From the NCBI GenBank assembly GCA_039586755.1, contig JBDHJU010000011.1, forward strand, positions 14,412 to 78,411: a stretch of 64,000 bases of DNA, in the 5' to 3' direction. Below are positions 58,148 through 64,000 of this stretch, piece after piece (the first letter of the stretch is position 1; each line of letters opens with the position of its first letter). The translations under genes were made by a program, and so were the position numbers. The DNA is from Gemmatimonadota bacterium (lineage in GTDB: Bacteria; Gemmatimonadota; Gemmatimonadetes; Palauibacterales; KS3-K002). The notes under the pieces are model-generated. The model was not told the DNA's origin. It did no database searches and worked only from the letters and a program-made list of their open reading frames with translations.

Positions 58148-59542
58148 ATGTCAAGAGCTGAGACCGGTGGGGGCGGCACAGCTGCCGAGCCGGCTCTTCC
58201 AGGCCGGTGGGGGCCCGTCTCCGCTGAGGAGCGGATCGTCACTCTGGACGTGCTGCGCGGGGTCGCGATCTGCGGCATGCTGTTGGCCAACATCGTCATC
58301 TTTGCATTCCCAGCCAGTTCCAGAAACATGATGGGCGGAGCGGCCACCGCTGCCGAGGTTGCGGTGGCTACCGTCCTCGCGCTACTCGTCGAGGGCAAGT
58401 TCTACACGCTCTTCTCCATCCTCTTTGGGATGGGTCTGGCGCTTCAAAGCTGGCGGGCCGACGAGCGTGGTAGGCCGTTCATTGGCGTCTACGTCCGCCG
58501 CATGATCGTGCTGCTTGTCATCGGCGTCGCCCACGGCCTGCTCTTTTCCGCCGTCGACATCCTGGCCTTTTACGCTCTGATTGCTCTCATTGCTCTCCCT
58601 TTTCGGAGACTCGAGGCGCGGTCACTTCTCGTGACCGCCGTCGCGCTGTATCTCGGCAGTATTGTCGCGCTCGGTGTGTACGCTCAACGCGCGCTCGGCG
58701 GTGCGCTACCGGGCGAGCCGAACTGGCAGCAACTGCTTGACGAACGAGCTGGGGCGTCTGGGGATGCCCTTCGTGCGGGCGGCGCGAGCGCGTCGGGGAT
58801 CGCGACGGGGGTGACGTTCATACCTCTGGTCACGAAGGTCTTCAAGGTATCCGAGCGCGAGCTTTTTGAGTTCATGGCGGACGAGGAGCGCATCTTCAGC
58901 GAGGGCACGTGGGCGGAGCAGGTCCGGCATCGGGCCGTGAGCTACCTCGCCGTGGTGATGCCCCTCAGGCTCGTGTTTCTGAGCTGGCGTGTGCTCGCCC
59001 TGTTCATCCTCGGTATGTACTTCGTCAAGCGCTCGCTCTTCCTCGAGCGCGATCGAAATCTCGGGCACTACAGAACGATCGTCTTCTCGGGTCTGGTACT
59101 TGGACTGCTGCTCGAGCTGACGGGGGGAGCGGCGCAGCAGCTGAGCGGCGAGTACGTGGCGGCGATCTGGGTCTTATTGATAGGCTTCAACATGGGGATT
59201 CCGGCGCTGAGCCTAAGCTATGCCGGCGCGGTGGCGCTGGCCTGCGCGAGAAACGCCGGGTCGAGCGTCGTCCGCTCGCTCGCCGCGCTAGGTCGCACGG
59301 CGCTGACGAACTACGTGGGCCAGTCCGTCATCTGCGGCCTCATCTTCTACTCCTACGGATTGGGGCTATTCGGAGAATTGAGCGGCATCGAGGCGCTGCT
59401 GCTCGCCGTGCCGATCTTGGCCGCTCAGCTGGTTGTGAGCGTGGTCTGGCTGAAGTTCTTCCGCTTCGGCCCGCTCGAGTGGGCCTGGCGATCCCTGAGC
59501 TATTGGCAGATTCAGCCGCTGCGTCGGCAGGAAGCGCTATGA
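58148..59542 (+). CDS. DUF418/DUF1624 (YeiB-like) polytopic membrane protein
   Basis: VTLDVLRGVAICGMLLANIVIFAFP... is the typical DUF418 N-terminus. ~10 TM. Confidence 0.65.
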   Translation: MSRAETGGGGTAAEPALPGRWGPVSAEERIVTLDVLRGVAICGMLLANIVIFAFPASSRNMMGGAATAAEVAVATVLALLVEGKFYTLFSILFGMGLALQSWRADERGRPFIGVYVRRMIVLLVIGVAHGLLFSAVDILAFYALIALIALPFRRLEARSLLVTAVALYLGSIVALGVYAQRALGGALPGEPNWQQLLDERAGASGDALRAGGASASGIATGVTFIPLVTKVFKVSERELFEFMADEERIFSEGTWAEQVRHRAVSYLAVVMPLRLVFLSWRVLALFILGMYFVKRSLFLERDRNLGHYRTIVFSGLVLGLLLELTGGAAQQLSGEYVAAIWVLLIGFNMGIPALSLSYAGAVALACARNAGSSVVRSLAALGRTALTNYVGQSVICGLIFYSYGLGLFGELSGIEALLLAVPILAAQLVVSVVWLKFFRFGPLEWAWRSLSYWQIQPLRRQEAL

Positions 59543-59680
59543 ATCGGCGTGCGGCCCGACATCGTAAGGTGTGGTAGAGCTTCAGGATCGCCGGCTTGAT
59601 GCGGACAACCGTACGGCGGCCGGGCCCGTCCAAATGATGGGAGAGGGTGTTCCGGCAGCCTAACCGGTTCAATCGTTGGT

Positions 59681-62048
59681 TTGCACTGGAGGGCGCCCGT
59701 GAAGGCGATCTGGGTCTGGGCGCAAGGAAGGTCCAGGTTCGAGGTCCTGGTGGCATCGGCCGTGGTGCTGGTAGGTGTCGCTGCGGGTCTGGTCGCGCTG
59801 GAGGCCGTGACGGTTGCCCGTCTGGGGGACTCGACCCTGAGGGCCCCGACAAGGATATACGCACGTCCCCTCGTACTTCACCTTGGCATGCAACCGAGCC
59901 GCTCGTTGGTCGAGGACGAGCTCGAGCGGTTGGCCTACGTGGGTGCCTCGGGCCGCGATGTCGGGATCGGCGAGTACCACCTCCAGTCACGAACTTGGAC
60001 GATCGGTCGTCGGCCTTTCCGCCACCACGAGAGGATCAGCCCGGGCGGCACCGCCATCATCCGCTTCGACTACAGAGGGCGCATCGCGAGAATCGATGAC
60101 GCCAGCGGTGAACGGCTGACCCATGTCACGCTGGAGCCGCAGCTGATCGGCACTTTCCAGGGCACATCGCACAAGGATCGCGTTCCGGTACAGATGGCCG
60201 ATGTGCCGAAGCATGCGACGCATCGTTGCCGCGTCCATTGCCAACCTCCGGGCCGGACAGGTCAGGCAGGGCGCCAGCACTCTCACCCAGCAGCTTGCCA
60301 AGAATCTGTTCCTGAATCCGCGACGCACGATAATCCGTAAAGTGCGCGAGGCCGCCATAGCGGTAGTTCTCGAGCGACGCTACAGCAAGGAACAGATCCT
60401 CGAGGCCTACCTGAACGAGGTCTACCTCGGGCAAGACGGTGGGCTCGCGATCCACGGTGTGGGTCGGGCGGCACAGTACTACTTCGGCAAGGATGTGAGC
60501 GCGCTCGACCTCGGCGAAGCGGCGACCCTCGCCGGCTTGATACGCGGCCCGGGCCTCTACAACCCGTTCCGGCGACTGGAAGCAGCGAGGATGCGTCGCG
60601 ACCTGGTGTTGCGACGGATGGAAGAAGTGGGGGTCATCGACCAGGAGGCCCATCAGGCAGCGGTGAACTCGCCACTTGTCATACGCGTGGAGCCCCAGCC
60701 GACGCGCAGTGCCCGCTACTTCATCGATTTCGTGAGAGAGCAGTTGAGGTCCGATGGCCAGGATGACCTCGCCGGCGAAGGCCTCGCGGTCTTCACTACG
60801 CTGGACACACGGCTTCAGCGCGCCGCTGAGCGGGCCTTGGGCCAGGGCCTACTCCAGCTCGAGTCACAGTACCCGCACCTGGCGCGCGATGATTCGCCGA
60901 TCCAGGCGGCGCTGGTCGCTCTCGACCCGCAGACCGGCGATGTCCTCGCCATGGTGGGAGGTCGCGATTATGGTGCCTCGCAGTTCAATCGCGCGGTGCA
61001 TGCGCGCCGGCAGCCGGGCAGCGCCTTCAAGCCCGTCGTAGCGCTTGCCGCGTTGTCGCGCCGCGGTGATGACAGCGACGCAGAGGATCAGCCGACCCTC
61101 GCGACGATCCTGAACGACGAGCGGTTCGTCGTGCAGACGCGACAAGGACCTTGGGAGCCGGTCAACTACGATCGGCGTTTTCGCGGGCCGATAAGGTTGC
61201 GCGAGGCGCTCGAGAAATCGCTGAATGTGCCATTCGCCAGGCTCGGCATGATGGTGGGGCCGGAACGAATCGTCGAGACCGCTCGCGACCTGGGAATCGA
61301 GGGCCGACTCATCGCCGTGCCCAGCATAGCCCTCGGCTCGAACGAGGTGACCCCGCTGGAACTGACCCGCGCCTACGGGGTGCTGGCGGCGGGTGGATAT
61401 CGCGCGGAGACGCGGGCGGTGTTCGGCGTGCTCGATCGTGAGGGCGAACTGACAGCCCGCAACGACAGGACCGGTGAGCAGGTCTACGAGCTGGCCGAGA
61501 CATATCTCGTCACCTCGGCGCTGCGCGGGGCGGTCGAGCGCGGCACCGGTCGCGGGCTGCGATCGCTGGGCTACCGCGGTGATGTGGCGGCAAAATCCGG
61601 CACGACGAACGACTTCCGCGATGGGTGGTTCATCGGCTACACGCCCTCGCTGACCGTCGGCGTTTGGGTCGGATTCGATGATGGGCAGAGCATCGACTTG
61701 CCCGGCGCCAGAGTAGCGCTGCCGATCTTCACTCGCTTTCTGGTCGAGGCCGTCGGTTCCTACGGCGATCGAGGCCCCTACGGTGGCGACCGCTTCAGCA
61801 TACCGCCGGGGATCGAGGTGGTGGAGGTCGATCCGCGCACCGGCCTGCGCGCCGGCCTGGGCTGCCGCGGCGAACGCGAGCTCTTCCTGCGCGGCACAGC
61901 TCCACGCCGCAGCTGCTCGCCCTACGCGGTCGTGCGCTGGCTGCGCGATGGCGAGGAGTGGGTGAGCGAGCAAGCTGATCGCCTACGTCTCGAGCTACAG
62001 CGACTGTTGGAGCAGGACGCCCGTCGCAGGCGCGGCGGAGGTCGCTAG
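59681..62048 (+). pseudogene. Class A penicillin-binding protein (PBP1-type; GT51 transglycosylase + transpeptidase) disrupted by an internal out-of-frame deletion at ~60213-60222. The deletion removes the catalytic-Glu EDxxF motif.
   Basis: ORF 59681..60340 ends ...VPVQMADVPKH, then frameshifts. ORF 60201..62048 continues RIVAASIANLRAGQVRQGASTLTQQLAKNLFL...RKVREAA...YLNEVYLG (GT51 motifs 2-5), then transpeptidase SxxK (GSAFKP), SxN (KSLN), KTG (KSGTT). Only ~4 nt lie where ~60 nt encoding LxDAxLAxEDRRFYxHxGVD is expected. Confidence 0.65.
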
Positions 62049-62196
62049 CGCCTATACCGTCACCAACACGACACGGCAATCGTCTTCGTCGGCCCTCTCG
62101 AGTTTGCCTACTCCAGGACGCGATACGTTTGACTCGCTATGCGGATGGTCGTAGCGTGAAGGGGCCAATTCGTTCCCTGTAACCGAAGAGCGGGAC

Positions 62197-62637
62197 ATGT
62201 CGCTGACGACGAAGGAAAAGCAATTGGTTTCTGTGGGCGCGTCGCTGGCCTCCGGGTGCAAGCTTTGCGCCGACTACCACTTCGAGAAGGTGCGCAAGGT
62301 CGGCGCTACGGATGAGGAGATCGAGCAAGTCATGAACGTCGCCATTGCAGTGCGCGACGAAGCCAGGAAGATAATGGAGTGGCATGGGCTAAAGCTCCTG
62401 GGGCGCAAGTTGCTCGGGCAGGAAAGTGAGCCGCCCGTCAGCGGTGGTGACACGACACGTATGACAGAGCTTGTGTCTATCGCCTCCGCTTTCGCGGTCA
62501 ATTGCACCTCGAGCTTGGAGAAGCACATCGAGGCGGCCCGCAGCCTGGATGTTTCTGATGACGACGTACAGGCGGCCGTTGACATAGGCAGGTTCATCAA
62601 GGGAAAGGCAGACTCTTACTGCTGTAAGGTCATATAG
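62197..62637 (+). CDS. Carboxymuconolactone-decarboxylase (AhpD-like) family protein
   Basis: ASGCKLCADYH is the CxxCxxxH AhpD-type motif. The second half is homologous (AFAVNCTSSLEKH). Confidence 0.6.
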   Translation: MSLTTKEKQLVSVGASLASGCKLCADYHFEKVRKVGATDEEIEQVMNVAIAVRDEARKIMEWHGLKLLGRKLLGQESEPPVSGGDTTRMTELVSIASAFAVNCTSSLEKHIEAARSLDVSDDDVQAAVDIGRFIKGKADSYCCKVI

Positions 62638-62663
62638 CTACACCCATCAGGAGGAATCTGAGG

Positions 62664-63185
62664 ATGGTTTCCCCCGCGGACTGCATTCTCGTCAAGCCCA
62701 GTTTTGGACGCTTTGTCTACTACAAGCTCCTCACTGCGGTCCCAGTCGCCGCTGCCTTAATCGCTATCATTCGGTACTCCGATGCACCCTACTGGCCTTT
62801 CGTATACATCGGACTCTGCCTGCTGCACGCCGGCATCATGTACACGATCAAGTGTCCCCATTGCGCTTACTATAAGATGGGCGGAAAGACGCACCACTGT
62901 TTCATGATCTGGGGCACCCCCAAGATATGGAAACCTAGATCGACGCCGGAGAGCCGGATCGTTGGAATTTACGCTCCAATCGGCATGCTGGTCCTTACGG
63001 CCTTTCCCGTATACTGGCTGCTATCGCAATGGGAGTTGCTGCTCGTCTACGTTCTCTCCATCGCGGCCCTCGTCATGTCGTTCGGACTGAACGATTGTCC
63101 ACGGTGCCTCAACTTCGAGTGTGGGCACAATACGGTACCCGAGGAAGTGAAGAGGGCGTACTTGGAATCGATCGTAGTGGACTGA
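62664..63185 (+). CDS. Cys-rich small membrane protein (4 predicted TM, three Cys pairs); lower-GC islet
   Basis: AGGAGG RBS. CPHCAYYK...HHCFMIWG...CPRCLNFECGH. Local GC ~54% with rare codons (tta, aga, ata). Confidence 0.45.
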   Translation: MVSPADCILVKPSFGRFVYYKLLTAVPVAAALIAIIRYSDAPYWPFVYIGLCLLHAGIMYTIKCPHCAYYKMGGKTHHCFMIWGTPKIWKPRSTPESRIVGIYAPIGMLVLTAFPVYWLLSQWELLLVYVLSIAALVMSFGLNDCPRCLNFECGHNTVPEEVKRAYLESIVVD

Positions 63186-63370
63186 TCTCGACCCTGGGGG
63201 CGTGGCGGGGATGAGTGTCTCGCAGGACACCTGACCCTCCGCTGCGCGTGTCCGCCTGGACACGAAACCACCGTGCGGCGCCGAGCCGGGTCTGGCCCCC
63301 GGCCTGCCTCTCTGATTCCGTGAAGGCCCCGCGATGGGCGGGGTGCGGAACCAGGAGGAGGCTACGCGTG

Positions 63371-63454
63371 ATGGCGCTCAAAGTCCGAACCGGGGTGGTG
63401 CAGACAGCGGTGGCCGTCGCCCTCTGGGTGCTGCTGACCCTCCTCCTGGCCTAG
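63371..63454 (+). CDS. Candidate 27-aa hydrophobic micro-peptide
   Basis: AGGAGGAGG 9 nt upstream of the ATG. MALKVRTGVVQTAVAVALWVLLTLLLA has a single TM helix. Confidence 0.25.
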   Translation: MALKVRTGVVQTAVAVALWVLLTLLLA

Positions 63455-64000
63455 CATAAGGTCGGTCGAACCTGAAGCTCCACTGCAGCGCCTAACGGAG
63501 CCGTACCAACACGGCGCCCCTCTCCGAATTCCGCACTGCGAGGAAGCATCGCTTGACAAGCGCTTGACGGCTGAACCCTCAGGTCGCTATTCCCCTGGTT
63601 CGCATCACGAAACTAGAAGTCTGCCGCGGCGACCAGGCGTGCGCGCGAGCGGTTGCGAACAACGCACCGGGCAGGTTGCTGATGGGCATCCTTCTGGGTG
63701 CCACCGCCGGAGTCGTCGGCGAAGGGGTAGGCTCGGCCCTCACCTTGAAGGAGGCCGAGCTTGGTGAGGCGGCGGCCCAGGGGGCTCTCTACGGTGCGGC
63801 GCTCGGCGCTGACGCAGAAAGAGGAAGGGAGGGCGAAGGGCTGTGGCAAGAAGTGACGGTCGGACAACTGCGGCAGGAACTGGCGGCGGCCTCTCCTTCA
63901 AAGCGGTGATCTGACCCTGTTCGACACCTTCCGCCGCAAACCCTCGTAGGGCTATAGGGGACGGACCTGTCCCCAGCCGATAGCCCCAATCCAGCCCCTC

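Noticed and set aside
63676-63909. 77-aa Gly/Ala-rich ORF (glycine-zipper-like MGILLGATAGVVGEGVGSAL...)
   Set aside because: Weak RBS. The composition is what any frame of GC-rich DNA yields. It is not listed as a feature, although a small glycine-zipper membrane protein cannot be excluded.

Overview
This is a high-GC (~65%) bacterial chromosomal segment with dense coding on both strands and no rRNA, tRNA, CRISPR array, transposase or integrase that I could find. The gene families point to a sulfur-cycling organism, possibly Gemmatimonadota or Acidobacteria-like, but that is a guess. The genes fall into the following blocks.

- **1-4.5 kb, minus strand:** a dissimilatory adenylylsulfate reductase locus. 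aprB and aprA sit upstream of a partial qmoA. Two small cysteine-motif genes are inserted between aprA and qmoA and are translationally coupled to both. aprA is split by a 1-nt frameshift.
- **4.8-9 kb, minus strand:** a tetrapyrrole and sulfite module. It holds a ferrochelatase-glutamyl-tRNA-reductase fusion, a SirC-like precorrin-2 dehydrogenase, a DUF1634-like protein and a TauE/SafE sulfite exporter.
- **9.2-15.5 kb, plus strand:** a tightly packed phosphorelay operon. It contains a degenerate histidine kinase, a tandem-REC protein, a sensor kinase, two single-domain REC proteins and a CBS-pair protein. The operon ends in a DASS/SLC13 anion symporter, a candidate sulfate transporter.
- **15.5-17.7 kb:** two tandem cytidylate-kinase-like paralogs and a secreted DsrE-like protein.
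- **17.7-28.5 kb:**
  - a HAD lipoprotein
  - two sulfatases, one with an atypical CTAGR motif
  - korAB 2-oxoacid:ferredoxin oxidoreductase
  - a class-A beta-lactamase-like lipoprotein
  - a YwiC-like membrane protein
  - msrA
- **28.7-35.7 kb:**
  - a decayed TPR/TolB-like pseudogene
  - an outer-membrane beta-barrel protein
  - a methyl-accepting chemotaxis protein coupled to a LivK-like binding protein
  - an unannotated PLDc_N micro-protein
  - membrane proteins
- **35.75-39.1 kb, plus strand:** the most unusual locus. Two tandem paralogous secreted proteins carry a protein-kinase-like catalytic core. They are followed, 11 nt downstream, by a secreted PPP-family phosphatase.
- **39-64 kb:**
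  - two DUF5916 outer-membrane paralogs
  - a HlyD plus MacB-type ATPase pair without a permease, next to a sigma-54 two-component system
  - a DAACS symporter
  - two class-C-type serine hydrolases and a DUF418 protein
  - a class-A PBP gene carrying an internal out-of-frame deletion of the glycosyltransferase motif
  - a YfbK-like VWA protein and a Tat-signal DUF362 protein
  - a lower-GC islet with an AhpD-like protein, a Cys-rich membrane protein, and a 27-aa hydrophobic peptide ORF a short way downstream

All calls come from reading the translations and the DNA by eye. No database search was possible.
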